In this document: in pieces, positions 20,852-31,208 of the stretch
Layout: every line of letters starts with the position of its first letter
Position numbering within the stretch: position 1 is the first letter of the stretch
DNA from: Sedimentisphaerales bacterium
GTDB lineage: Bacteria > Planctomycetota > Phycisphaerae > Sedimentisphaerales > SM23-30
Length of the DNA: 64,000 bases
Assembly (NCBI GenBank): GCA_963666285.1
Contig: OY762711.1
Reading direction: 5' to 3' (one strand)
The notes under the pieces: generated by a model
Databases searched by the model: none
What the model was told of the DNA's origin: nothing
The model's input: only the letters and a program-made list of their open reading frames with translations
Program-made: the position numbers and the translations under genes

Positions 20852-22561
20852 TTAAGCTTTTTCCTGTGTTACGCGTATAACTTCTTCAATACTGGTAGTA
20901 CCAAGCAGGGCGTGTCTCAGGCCGTCATCTCTCAAGGTCAGCATACCTTTTGCTACCGCGTTATCCTTAATTATGTGAGATGGGGTCTGTTTACTTATCA
21001 TTTCTCTAATATCATCATCTATTATCAGCAGTTCCGCTATTGCTATCCTGTTTCTATAGCCGGTTCCGGCACAGTCTTCACAGCCGGTTCCGGTGAAAAA
21101 AACCGGCTGGCATTTAACTGATAACGGACTTTGCTTTAACAGCTCATTTGTATTGTATTCCGTTTTACATTCTGACTTACATGTCGGACATATCGTCCTG
21201 ACAAGTCTTTGTGCCATTACACCTGATAGTGCCGATGCGATCAGATAAGGTTCTACGCCCAGATTTTCCAGCCTGAAAATAGCAGATGCTGAATCATTTG
21301 TATGCAGGGTACTTAATACCAAATGCCCGGTAAGCGATGCATGTGTCGCTATTTCCGCGGTCTCACTGTCTCGAATCTCACCTATCATAATCACATCCGG
21401 GTCCTGCCTGAGAATATGTTTCAGGCATACCGCAAATGAAAGCCCTATTTTAGGCTTTATCTGCATCTGGCCGATACCCGGCAATTCATATTCTATCGGA
21501 TCTTCTACTGTCAGTATGTTTTTCTCATTAGTATTGATCTCATTGAGAATACAATATAAAGTAGTGGTTTTACCGCTTCCGGTAGGCCCGGTAAGCAATA
21601 CCATGCCGTGAGACTGATTGGTCAGCCCCAAAAGTTGGTTTTTTATATTCGGCTCTATCCCCAGGGTGTCGATATTTACTTTTTTGGTTCCTTTTTCCAA
21701 TAATCTCAATACCAGCCTCTCGCCACCAGAGGCAGGAATCGATGATATTCGAATGTCCATATCTGTATCGCCGATCTTTACCCTGAATTGACCATCTTGC
21801 GGCAGTCTTTTTTCTGCAATATTCATGCCGGCAGTTAATTTCAGCCTGGATATTAATGGTAGTACCGTTTTATTTGTAAGAGACATATTGTCCTGCAGGA
21901 CACCGTCTATTCTAAACCTCACTTTTGCATCATTTTCATAAGGTTCTATATGAATATCGCTGGCCCGGCAATTTACAGCTCTGAATAATATCTTATTGAC
22001 AAGTTTGACTACGGGCGGCAGGTTCGCGACATTTAATATGTCTTCTCTTTGCTTGCCGACCAGGCTTGTTTCGATTTCCAGCCCGTCATTATTTTCATTT
22101 TGCTCGGGTTCGTCATTCTTTTTAGAGTCAAAATACAGCTGGCTGATTGTATTTTCCAGGTCTTCGGTTGACGCAATTGCCTTCTGGCAGTATTCACCTA
22201 TTATATTGGAGATACTATCTATCGCTTCAATGTTCAATGGATTGTCTATAACAATAAGATTACCGCCGCTTTTTAATTTTACCGGCAGAATCTTTTTGTC
22301 TTTTAGAAAACCTATAGGGACCCTGGAGATTATGTCTGTATTTATATTGCTCAACGGGATATTGTCAATAAACGGCATATTCCATTGGATTGCCAGGGCA
22401 CGGCACAGCTGCTTCCTGGTGATAAAACCTTTTTCAACCAGTAAATCACCCAGGTTAGGCTTTGGCCGCCTTGTCTGCTGAATCCTGAGGACCATATCAA
22501 GCTGGTCCATGCTCAAATCAGTCTCTTTTAGTAGAATTTGTCCTAATGATACTTCCGTCAT
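20852..22561 (-). CDS. gspE: Type II secretion ATPase GspE
   Basis: ASDIHIEP, GPTGSGKTTT Walker A, EDPIE, LRQDPD, GEIRD, TLHTN, tetracysteine motif. Confidence 0.95.
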   Translation of the reverse strand: MTEVSLGQILLKETDLSMDQLDMVLRIQQTRRPKPNLGDLLVEKGFITRKQLCRALAIQWNMPFIDNIPLSNINTDIISRVPIGFLKDKKILPVKLKSGGNLIVIDNPLNIEAIDSISNIIGEYCQKAIASTEDLENTISQLYFDSKKNDEPEQNENNDGLEIETSLVGKQREDILNVANLPPVVKLVNKILFRAVNCRASDIHIEPYENDAKVRFRIDGVLQDNMSLTNKTVLPLISRLKLTAGMNIAEKRLPQDGQFRVKIGDTDMDIRISSIPASGGERLVLRLLEKGTKKVNIDTLGIEPNIKNQLLGLTNQSHGMVLLTGPTGSGKTTTLYCILNEINTNEKNILTVEDPIEYELPGIGQMQIKPKIGLSFAVCLKHILRQDPDVIMIGEIRDSETAEIATHASLTGHLVLSTLHTNDSASAIFRLENLGVEPYLIASALSGVMAQRLVRTICPTCKSECKTEYNTNELLKQSPLSVKCQPVFFTGTGCEDCAGTGYRNRIAIAELLIIDDDIREMISKQTPSHIIKDNAVAKGMLTLRDDGLRHALLGTTSIEEVIRVTQEKA

Positions 22562-24705
22562 TATTTTATTTCTGTATTATCTCTTGTTATTGTATCTAGT
22601 TTCATCTCACTGATGCTTGCGGCATCGGCTGGTCTGCGAATTATTCTTGGAGTAATAAACAGCAGCAGATTTGTTTTCTGCTTTACTGTTTTTGTTGATT
22701 TGAATAAATCGCCAATTAAAGGTATATCGCTTATCAACGGTATTCCGTCAACTGTTTCATTTGCTTCTTCGCGTATCAGGCCGCCTATCACAATTGAAGC
22801 TCCGTCCACCATTATTATCTCTGTATTGATCTTACGTTTCGATATCGTAGGGGTTTCTGCTCCCAGCCCGGTAAGGCTGTCTTTCTGCTGGGTAAATTCA
22901 CTGTCAATTTCCAGCTGTATCAGTTCGCCCTGATTGATATGAGGTGTTATTTTCATATCGATACCAACATCTTTATAGTCGTAGCTCTTTATGACTGTCG
23001 GGTCTGTCGGGTCTGTTTCTGTTATTCTTGAATCTTTCAGGTACGGTATATTATCACCGGCCATGAAGCTTGCCTGTTTATGATTAGTTGTTGTAACGTT
23101 TGGTGATGATATTACATTGCTGGATGTCAGACGTTTCAGTGCATTCAGAACTGATCCGATCTTTGTGTCATCTCCTACATTCTTAAACGCACCCAATGCC
23201 AATCCTTCGTAATCGCCTGATATGTAGTCCAGGCGAGCGCCAAAGTTGGTAGAGCCGAAAAACCTTATACTGTCACTTACAGCTTCGTCTAAGGTTGCCC
23301 AATCGATACCAAGTTCTTCAAGGTCGCCTTCGCTAACCTCGACTATTAATAAATCAATCGATATCTGTTCCTGTACAATATCAAGCCTTTTTACAATGCT
23401 TTGTATTACATTGAAGTCCGGCATGGCAGCGGTCACTATCAGGGTATTAGTGTCAGCAAAAGGTGTTATCTTGATCGGTATTGTATCGGTACTGCCTGAT
23501 CTGGGGATATCAATCTGTGCCAGGGCATTGGCAATTGTCTCTGCTTTGGCATTAATCAGTGGAATTACATGGATATCGTTATTGTCCGCCGAATGAATGA
23601 CATCCAGCTTTTTTATCATATCGAATATTATCTGCATATCCCTGATACCTGCTATTATCATTAATGAGTTTGTTCTGGTATCAGCCTGGATTTGAACCGC
23701 ATCTGGGTTTGCCGCTCTTGCTCCGACTCCTGTAGATATGGAATCCTGTTTGTTTATCATATCTAGTATTTGTTTACTCAGCGTTGATGCTGATGCATAT
23801 CTTAGCGGTATTCTTACAAATTCTTTTTTTGACCCAGGTACGTCAATTTTACTAATGATCTGTGCAGCATTATGTATATTTGCCGAAGTGTCTGTTATTA
23901 GCAGAGTATTGCTTTTCTTGTATACATTAACGTTTGCAGTAGAACCCAGTTTTGGTTTGATCAATGAGGATATCTCAGATGCATCTGCATATTTTAACGG
24001 CATAATTTGCGTAATTATTGTATCGCTAATTGCTATCTGGTCAGGATCGCTTCCGGTATGAATCTGAATGTTATAGCTGGCAGCATCTTTTTGCGGCACT
24101 ACTTTAACGTGATTTTCTGTAGGTATCGCAGCAAAACCATGTACTTCAAGGATCGACTCTAAAAAGGGATACAGTTCTTTTACTGTAATCTCATTTGGAC
24201 ATACAACAGAAACGTTTCCTTTTACCTGCTCATCAATAATAAATGTGATACCGGTTATTTCACTGACAGTCTTTATTACTGTTTTGATATCTAAATCTTC
24301 GAAATTCAATGACAGTTTTTGATTGGCAAGTTCCTGGTTTGCTAATATTCTGTCAACAGGATTAAGTTCTTGCTTTAGATTACGTGCTGTTGCAGATGGA
24401 TTAGCCTCTTGAGCGTTTTGCGGAAGATCAAATCTTTTATCCCAGTCATAATCGTCCGTAAAGTCTGCTTCTGGCGTATATGTCGGGCTTACATATTCTG
24501 AAGCTGTATTTCGCCTATTCATTTCCAGCATCTGTTTTATGTATTCTGAAGTGCTTACGTCAAGAGATGCTGAGTTTGCAGCAAGGCTGTTACTCTTACG
24601 CGAATTCTCAACGGTATCGCTGGTTTCGTTTTTTCCGTTATTAGCTTCCTGGCATCCGCTAAGGAATATTAAAGCTATTAGCAAATATTTAAATATTCTA
24701 ACCAT
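22561..24705 (-). CDS. gspD: Type II secretion secretin GspD (lipoprotein-type signal)
   Basis: LSGC lipobox, N-domain repeats (LKYADA, ADTRTNSL), YKDVGI, IGGLI, IPLIGDLFK; TAATG overlap with gspE. Confidence 0.92.
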   Translation of the reverse strand: MVRIFKYLLIALIFLSGCQEANNGKNETSDTVENSRKSNSLAANSASLDVSTSEYIKQMLEMNRRNTASEYVSPTYTPEADFTDDYDWDKRFDLPQNAQEANPSATARNLKQELNPVDRILANQELANQKLSLNFEDLDIKTVIKTVSEITGITFIIDEQVKGNVSVVCPNEITVKELYPFLESILEVHGFAAIPTENHVKVVPQKDAASYNIQIHTGSDPDQIAISDTIITQIMPLKYADASEISSLIKPKLGSTANVNVYKKSNTLLITDTSANIHNAAQIISKIDVPGSKKEFVRIPLRYASASTLSKQILDMINKQDSISTGVGARAANPDAVQIQADTRTNSLMIIAGIRDMQIIFDMIKKLDVIHSADNNDIHVIPLINAKAETIANALAQIDIPRSGSTDTIPIKITPFADTNTLIVTAAMPDFNVIQSIVKRLDIVQEQISIDLLIVEVSEGDLEELGIDWATLDEAVSDSIRFFGSTNFGARLDYISGDYEGLALGAFKNVGDDTKIGSVLNALKRLTSSNVISSPNVTTTNHKQASFMAGDNIPYLKDSRITETDPTDPTVIKSYDYKDVGIDMKITPHINQGELIQLEIDSEFTQQKDSLTGLGAETPTISKRKINTEIIMVDGASIVIGGLIREEANETVDGIPLISDIPLIGDLFKSTKTVKQKTNLLLFITPRIIRRPADAASISEMKLDTITRDNTEIK

Positions 24706-24707
24706 TT

Positions 24708-24875
24708 GTTAACTTTCTCAGTTTTGAGTTGCAATAATTGCCAAAATGGCCTTTATGCTGTTTTTAGGTTAAATGTACTTTCGAGAAATATCTCGATTAT
24801 ATATCAAAATACTTAGGTTATTGTTTACAAGGTCCGGTATCGGTCTATGCAAATAATGTTGAACGGTCTAAGGCC
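24708..24875 (+). repeat. Interspersed palindromic repeat, copy 2 (diverged)
   Basis: gttaactttctcagttttgagttgcaataa...ttaaatgtactttcgagaaatatctcga...acaaggtcc...taatgttgaacggtc. Confidence 0.8.
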
Positions 24876-24887
24876 AAATTCTCATCA

Positions 24888-25760
24888 TTATTTTTCCTCT
24901 GTGTTATTGATGTCAGAGTCAAATTTGATTTCGTTTCCATCACGTTTGACAATAATACTCAGCTTGTTTTGCAATTTGGCTTTTTGTAATACCTGGTACG
25001 TTTTCTTTATATTCGACAGTTTTTGACCGTTAATGCTTACGATTGTATCATTAGGTTTAACGCCTAGTAATGCAATTGGACTTAAAGGTTTTATGTTTGA
25101 AATCTTCAGACCTTCATCATTACTTCCACTTGTTGACTTTTCTACTATCTCCCATTGAGCGTCCAGGTTGAGACTATCAAGTGTCTTAACCAGGTTTTCA
25201 CGAGTTTTAGGCATAGCCAATTCTAATGGTTCGCTGATTACAGTTTCTTGTATGTTTTGTGTGCTTTCAGGCTGTATTGTTTTACCGTTACCTGATTGTA
25301 TCCAGAGCTTAACTTCCTGTTTGTTGGCTGTCAGTACCACGTAATCTTTTTGTATGTCTTTTATGACAAAACCACCAAGTTTTTCACCTGTCTTCAATAT
25401 CATTGTTTTATCTTCGCCTTGAACTGATATCATTGCTCTTGCGATACTTTCCGGGCCTGTAATTGTGCCCTTAAGATATATTCCTGAGGGGAGGGTTGGC
25501 TTACTTGGTACATCCTCAATTTCTTGTACCGCGTTGTCGTTCGTATTATCGAAAAGATTTTCTAAAACGCCGTTGTCGATTTCGCCAGCGGGTATTACAT
25601 TTTCAGATAATGATGAATCTTCTGTACTTACTTCAGCATTAATTTTTTCTGTATGCGTGTTATCTAAGCTGCTTTTTTTAGGAGAAAAGATACTGACACA
25701 TATCCATACCAGGATGCCCAACAGGCAAATATTCAATATTGTTAATGATATTTTTTTCAT
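24888..25760 (-). CDS. gspC: Type II secretion GspC-like protein with PDZ domain
   Basis: N-terminal TM, LKGTITG HR domain, C-terminal PDZ (GVKPNDTIVSING); start may be GTG 25787. Confidence 0.8.
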   Translation of the reverse strand: MKKISLTILNICLLGILVWICVSIFSPKKSSLDNTHTEKINAEVSTEDSSLSENVIPAGEIDNGVLENLFDNTNDNAVQEIEDVPSKPTLPSGIYLKGTITGPESIARAMISVQGEDKTMILKTGEKLGGFVIKDIQKDYVVLTANKQEVKLWIQSGNGKTIQPESTQNIQETVISEPLELAMPKTRENLVKTLDSLNLDAQWEIVEKSTSGSNDEGLKISNIKPLSPIALLGVKPNDTIVSINGQKLSNIKKTYQVLQKAKLQNKLSIIVKRDGNEIKFDSDINNTEEK

Positions 25761-26132
25761 AATTATATTCTCAATAAGTACTTTCACACTTTTGGTGCAA
25801 TTGTATGTTCAGAATTATTATCGTCAGTTTCTAAAGGCAACTTTTGCAGATTTAACTATAATATTGCTAAAAGCACTATCTGTAAGATGCTGTTATATAA
25901 GCAGATATGTAAATATTAAGTTGTAAGCTCATTAACTTGCAAAAATAGTGGGATTTTTGATTATAGGGATGGCCGGATCGGACATACGGAAATTAGATTA
26001 TCGCCCATCTGTGACCGGATTAGCAGGGTGATAGGATTCAGCTTACAGTGATTCCTGGGAATTATTTGTCAGATTATTTGCAGTTATACTGAAATACGTA
26101 TAAGCTGCGATATTATAAGGAGTTACTAGGTT

Positions 26133-27644
26133 CTACAATTGGACGGATTCCGACATTGTAGCAACTGGAGCCGACTTGCCGGTAAACAATTCAAATTGCT
26201 TAACTGCCTGGTTAATAAACATGTCCAAGCCGGAAATTGGCATTGCCCCCGACTCTACTGTATATTTTAAGAGTTTGGTTTCTAGCGGGGCATAGACAGT
26301 GTCAAAAACTGTCATATTGGATTTTATGGTAGTTTTGTTCACAGGGCAGGTTTCAATTTCAGGCTCCATACCAAGAGATGTACAGTTTATTATCAATTCG
26401 GCAGACGTAGAGTCTATTTCGTCTGAATTGGCATAATTGCAGCCGAAGGTTTCTGCTAAATGCTTTGCTTTTTCTATGGTCCTATTATAGATTGTTACAT
26501 CTGCTTTATTATCTACAAGCGCAGATACTATTGCACGCGAAACGCCGCCGGCGCCGATAACAGCTGCAGGCATTCCTTCAAGTGATTTTCCTGATTTGCT
26601 TAATCCATCCAAAATAGCTTTCAGAGCACCGTGGTAATCGGTATTATATCCTCGGAGTTCATGGTCACCGGTTATTATTATCGTATTGATTGCACCTATT
26701 TTTCTTGCCGGCGGATCAATGAAACCGTTGTTATTATCAAGATAGTTCATCGCGTTTTGTTTATGCGGCAGGGTAACACTAAAACCGCTAAATAACAGCC
26801 ATGGACGCTTCAGGCACTCATCCATAAACAAATCAAACTCGTCTGCCTGGATAAGCAGAGGCATATACATGCCGTTAAATGATGACTCTTCAAATGCACG
26901 ATTATGAATTATTGGCCCTCTGGAATGGCATACCGGGGCACCTATTATCCCAAAAAGACGGGTGTCTGAATTTGTTTTATCAAATCGGTAAACTTTTTTG
27001 ATTTCTGTTAGATTAATCTGACCGTCTGCTGTTGAATCTTCATTACTCAGCGATGCAAATGTCAGCAGGGCGTTGAGCTTTTTTGCTAATAACCGGGTAA
27101 TTATCCCTTCATAACCCATTGCAATTGCTATCATTCCAGGATTGTCACGCATAATGTCAAGTGCGGCAAATGAGTCAGCAATACTGTTAGCCTTAAATGC
27201 AATCTTAGGTATTGCATCCGACGAAAGATTCTTAATGCTGTTAATTATGTCAACAAGGTCTATTGGCTTTTCTTCAAAATTATGGTGGCTGATTATTACC
27301 TGGGCCGGACCGAATTCAGGCAGAAATTCTGCTACTGCTTTTAATTCAATATCAATATAATCGGCCCTGGCGGAAGCTGCTTTTTGCAGTATCTTGATTC
27401 TGTTTTTATCTGGTCCATCGTATTCGCCGCCTTCCCAGTTTGCTCGGCATGTAGCAATGACTTTCATGCCGTATTCACGGGCGATAGTAACAATATCAAC
27501 AACTTTTTCTTCTAACCGGATTTGGTCCGGCCAGTAATCAAGTCGCAGTTCGATAATATCGGCACCTTTGTCTTTTGCAGCCTGGGCTTGTGTTTTTAAT
27601 TTCTCTATTGATTCTACTTTTATTGGTATAGCAATGTATGTCAT
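26133..27644 (-). CDS. aroE: Bifunctional type I 3-dehydroquinate dehydratase / shikimate dehydrogenase
   Basis: DIIELRLD, ATCR..EGG, ISHHNF, AMG (AroD); HSRGP, SVTLPHK, GAINT, NTD, GAGG, NRT (AroE). Confidence 0.92.
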   Translation of the reverse strand: MTYIAIPIKVESIEKLKTQAQAAKDKGADIIELRLDYWPDQIRLEEKVVDIVTIAREYGMKVIATCRANWEGGEYDGPDKNRIKILQKAASARADYIDIELKAVAEFLPEFGPAQVIISHHNFEEKPIDLVDIINSIKNLSSDAIPKIAFKANSIADSFAALDIMRDNPGMIAIAMGYEGIITRLLAKKLNALLTFASLSNEDSTADGQINLTEIKKVYRFDKTNSDTRLFGIIGAPVCHSRGPIIHNRAFEESSFNGMYMPLLIQADEFDLFMDECLKRPWLLFSGFSVTLPHKQNAMNYLDNNNGFIDPPARKIGAINTIIITGDHELRGYNTDYHGALKAILDGLSKSGKSLEGMPAAVIGAGGVSRAIVSALVDNKADVTIYNRTIEKAKHLAETFGCNYANSDEIDSTSAELIINCTSLGMEPEIETCPVNKTTIKSNMTVFDTVYAPLETKLLKYTVESGAMPISGLDMFINQAVKQFELFTGKSAPVATMSESVQL

Positions 27645-27669
27645 TTTTCTGTCACTGGTTTTTATAATA

Positions 27670-28566
27670 TTATTTCTGTTTTTTTATAGTCTCTGCGGCT
27701 TCAATTCCTATTTCAACTGCATTTTCAAGCTTACCGCAAATTTCCGCATATGCTATATTTTTGCCGTTTACATCGCCAGAAAATGCTTTTATATGCAGCT
27801 TTGTATTTTCTACCCAGCTGTAAGCACCCATTGGGACCTGGCATCCTCCACCCATCGATGCAAGAAATGATCGCTCAGCATCAGTAGTAAGTTTTGATTC
27901 TTGATCTTCCAATGGTTTCAGTAATTTGGCGGTTTCCGGATCATTTGCTCTTATCTCAATCGCAAGTGCACCCTGACCGCAGGCTGGTAAAAAGACTTTG
28001 GGGTCCAGTTTGTGTGATACCAGGTTGTCCAGTCCCAGCCGCGCTAGTCCTGCGCTGGCAAGTATCATTCCGTCAATCTCGTCATTCTGCAGGTATTTTT
28101 TTATCCTGGTTTCTATATTTCCTCGAACATCTGATATCTGCAAATCTGGTCTTGCGTGTAGCAGCTGACATTTGCGTCTTAGAGAACTGGTAAAAATTTT
28201 TGCTTTTTTCGGTAAATTTTGTATTTCACAGCCGCTTTTACTAAAAAAGGATTCTGAAGAATCTTCTCTGCTGGTAATTGCGCCATATGTCAATCCTTCC
28301 GGCAGATCGGTTGGCAGATCCTTTAAGCTATGGACGGCCAAATCTATTTCTCCGGCAATCAGATTATCTTCTATCTCTTTAGTAAATAAGCCCTTACCGT
28401 CGATTTTACTCAATGCCTGGTCTAATATCTTGTCACCCTTGGTTTTGATTATTTTTATATGTAATTCGATATCGGGGTGTAGGTTTCTAAACAGTTTTTC
28501 TATATGCCTGGTTTGCCATAATGCCAGATTGCTGCCGCGTGTCCCAATTGTCAGTACTTTCGCCAT
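27670..28566 (-). CDS. hemC: Hydroxymethylbilane synthase
   Basis: GTRGSNLALWQ, KGLFTKE, AVHSLKD, TSSLRR, RGN, GGCQVP. Confidence 0.96.
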   Translation of the reverse strand: MAKVLTIGTRGSNLALWQTRHIEKLFRNLHPDIELHIKIIKTKGDKILDQALSKIDGKGLFTKEIEDNLIAGEIDLAVHSLKDLPTDLPEGLTYGAITSREDSSESFFSKSGCEIQNLPKKAKIFTSSLRRKCQLLHARPDLQISDVRGNIETRIKKYLQNDEIDGMILASAGLARLGLDNLVSHKLDPKVFLPACGQGALAIEIRANDPETAKLLKPLEDQESKLTTDAERSFLASMGGGCQVPMGAYSWVENTKLHIKAFSGDVNGKNIAYAEICGKLENAVEIGIEAAETIKKQK

Positions 28567-28676
28567 TTGTCCTCTTAAATAATAATTAAAAACAAATTTT
28601 AATAGCTAAATACAGCAATGTCAATTACATATGAAATGAATTTATTAGAAAGGAGTCGGAGTTCTGGAAAGATATG

Positions 28677-29069
28677 TCAAATTGTGCAGGGGTAGTCCTT
28701 TTTGACATATTTCATTTTCCAGTTGTCGCTTTCAATACTGCTTAGTATGATTTCTCCGTGCAGTGTCTCACTCTTGAGAACTAACTCGACTTCATCAAAA
28801 GGCAGGCAGGACATAAGTTTGCCTTTAGGGTCAAAATATTGACCTCTTATAACGATTCTCACAAAACCGCGATTCTCAGAAATCGGTCCTTCGTATGTCA
28901 AATACTTAAGCCTGTGGTCAAATATCTTTTTACAGTTAATCTCGCTTTCTGACCACTCAGTAGGGTGAGTTTCTATTTGCCAGGTAAGCAGAATCTCCCC
29001 ACATCGAACCATTAAATCCCAATGAGTATGATCATCGATAGTATGCTCTTGTACGACAAAATCATTCAT
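28677..29069 (-). CDS. Stand-alone LigD 3'-phosphoesterase-like protein
   Basis: FVVQEH, HWDL, DHRLKYLTYEG motifs. Confidence 0.75.
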   Translation of the reverse strand: MNDFVVQEHTIDDHTHWDLMVRCGEILLTWQIETHPTEWSESEINCKKIFDHRLKYLTYEGPISENRGFVRIVIRGQYFDPKGKLMSCLPFDEVELVLKSETLHGEIILSSIESDNWKMKYVKKDYPCTI

Positions 29070-29274
29070 CAATTGAATTATATCTTTCTGTTTTATGTTT
29101 GTCCATAAAACTTAAACTTATAAATTGAGATTTTAATGCCGACTGTAACAGTTGTATGGCTTTACTGCAAACACTAATGCATATGCTGCCTGCTGTGCAT
29201 AATGTGTTGTCTCGTAGATGTTTATGTTGATTTGGCAGTAGTTTGGCCTTGCTTTGTTGTGGCTCAGAATTTGA

Positions 29275-29303
29275 TTGAAATCGTACTCAATAAATGATAC
29301 AAT
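29275..29303 (+). promoter_or_regulatory. Sigma70-type promoter of lepA
   Basis: TTGAAA-17 bp-TACAAT with TGn extension. Confidence 0.55.
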
Positions 29304-29407
29304 TAATGTTCTATATATATTCTGTTATATGGAGTTATATAGAGCTAAACAAAACACCACACCAACACACCCCGGTTTCAAGACTAGGCAGGAACTACAA
29401 AAAATAT

Positions 29408-31207
29408 ATGGATACCAATTTTATAAGAAATTTTTCGATTGTAGCGCATATTGATCATGGTAAAAGTACTTTGGCTGACCGTATCATGCAAATTACCGGC
29501 GCTGTTTCTGAAAGAGATTTACAGGAACAGATGCTTGATAGTATGGAACTCGAACGCGAAAGAGGCATCACAATAAAAGCTTCTGCTGTTACTATGAATT
29601 ATAAACATTCAGACGGTAATACGTACATGCTCAATCTGATTGACACTCCGGGACATGTTGACTTTCATTATGAAGTTTCACGTGCTCTGGCTGCTTGTGA
29701 AGGTGCTTTATTGGTGGTAGATTCTACCCAGGGGGTTGAGGCACAGACTGTTGCCAATGCTTATCTTTCCATAGATGGCGGGCTCGAAATCGTGCCTGTT
29801 ATAAATAAAATTGATCTTCCTAGCGCTCAGCCGGATGTCGTTGCAGAAGAAATAGAAAATATTCTTGGGATAAAAAAGGGCGAATGTATTTCTGTTAGTG
29901 CCAAAAGTGCTGCAAATATGGCTGAGCTGCTTGAAGCGATAGTTACTTTGCTTCCCGCCCCGGAAGACTTGCATGATGAACCTCTAAAAGCACTTATTTT
30001 TGATAGTCATTATGATGATTACAGGGGGGTAATACTTTATGTCAGGATTGTTGCCGGCAAGCTAAAAAAGAATGACTCTATCAAGATGATGGCTACCGGA
30101 CGAACTTACCAGGTATGTGAACTTGGTAAATTTACACCCAAAATGACACGCATTGATGAAATCGGTTGTGGTGAAGTAGGCTATGTTGTTGCTTCTATAA
30201 AGCAATTGAATGAAGTTACTGTTGGTGATACGATAACTCACCAGCACAAACCTTGCGTCAAACCGCTGCCCGGCTATCAAAAGCCTGTTCAGATGGTTTT
30301 CTCTGATTTCTATCCTGGCAATTCAACTGATTATTCGAAACTGCGGGCTGCTTTCGATAAGCTTGCCCTGAATGATTCTTCTTTTACCTTTGTCCCACAG
30401 AATTCGCCTGCTCTTGGTTTTGGTTTCCGTTGCGGTTTTCTTGGCCTTTTGCATATGGAAATCATTCAGGAACGTCTTGAGCGTGAAAATGATGTGGAGG
30501 TCGTTCAGACAGCTCCTACAGTTAGTTATGAAGTTGTTACTACCGAAGATGAGGTTATCAGGATTGATTCTCCAAGCCAGATGCCTGACATGTCCCAGGT
30601 AAAAGAGTTGCGTGAACCATTCGTCAGGTTGGAGATTATTACTCCGGTAGAATTTATTGGTTCGATTATGACCCTTGCTGATGAGCGCAGATGTATTCTT
30701 GTCAAGCAGGATTATCTGAGCCAGACTCGAGTCATGATAGAATTTAAAGCACCTCTTGCAGAAATTGTATATGATTTTTATGATATCCTGAAGGGTGCTA
30801 CTCGTGGTTATGCTACCATGGATTATGAACTGCTGGCATTCGAAAAGTCAGACCTTGTGCGGGTTAACTTCCTTATCAATGGAAAAGCTGTTGATGCTTT
30901 GGCTATTATTATACACAGGCAAAACTGTGAAAACAGGGCCAGAAAGCTCCTTCTTAAGCTTCGTAAGGCTATCCCGCGTCATCAATTTGAAGTTCCTCTT
31001 CAGGCAGCTATTGGCGGCAAGATCATTGCTCGCGAAACCATCAAGGCTTATCGCAAGGATGTAACCGCTAAGCTTTACGGCGGTGATGTTACACGAAAAA
31101 TGAAGGTGCTCAAAAAGCAGAAAGAAGGAAAAGCCAGGATGAAGACTATCGGCTCGGTTAATATACCACAGGAAGCCTTTATGTCTATTCTTGACAATTC
31201 CGAATAA
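29408..31207 (+). CDS. lepA: Translation elongation factor 4
   Basis: IRNFSIVAHIDHGKSTLADR, ERGITIK, DTPGH, NKID, GFLGLLH, YGGDVTRK; start set to MDTNF. Confidence 0.97.
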   Translation: MDTNFIRNFSIVAHIDHGKSTLADRIMQITGAVSERDLQEQMLDSMELERERGITIKASAVTMNYKHSDGNTYMLNLIDTPGHVDFHYEVSRALAACEGALLVVDSTQGVEAQTVANAYLSIDGGLEIVPVINKIDLPSAQPDVVAEEIENILGIKKGECISVSAKSAANMAELLEAIVTLLPAPEDLHDEPLKALIFDSHYDDYRGVILYVRIVAGKLKKNDSIKMMATGRTYQVCELGKFTPKMTRIDEIGCGEVGYVVASIKQLNEVTVGDTITHQHKPCVKPLPGYQKPVQMVFSDFYPGNSTDYSKLRAAFDKLALNDSSFTFVPQNSPALGFGFRCGFLGLLHMEIIQERLERENDVEVVQTAPTVSYEVVTTEDEVIRIDSPSQMPDMSQVKELREPFVRLEIITPVEFIGSIMTLADERRCILVKQDYLSQTRVMIEFKAPLAEIVYDFYDILKGATRGYATMDYELLAFEKSDLVRVNFLINGKAVDALAIIIHRQNCENRARKLLLKLRKAIPRHQFEVPLQAAIGGKIIARETIKAYRKDVTAKLYGGDVTRKMKVLKKQKEGKARMKTIGSVNIPQEAFMSILDNSE

Positions 31208-31208
31208 G

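Noticed and set aside
29294..29407. Upstream extension of LepA
   Set aside because: The conserved LepA N terminus begins at MDTNFIRNF, and the extension overlaps the promoter.
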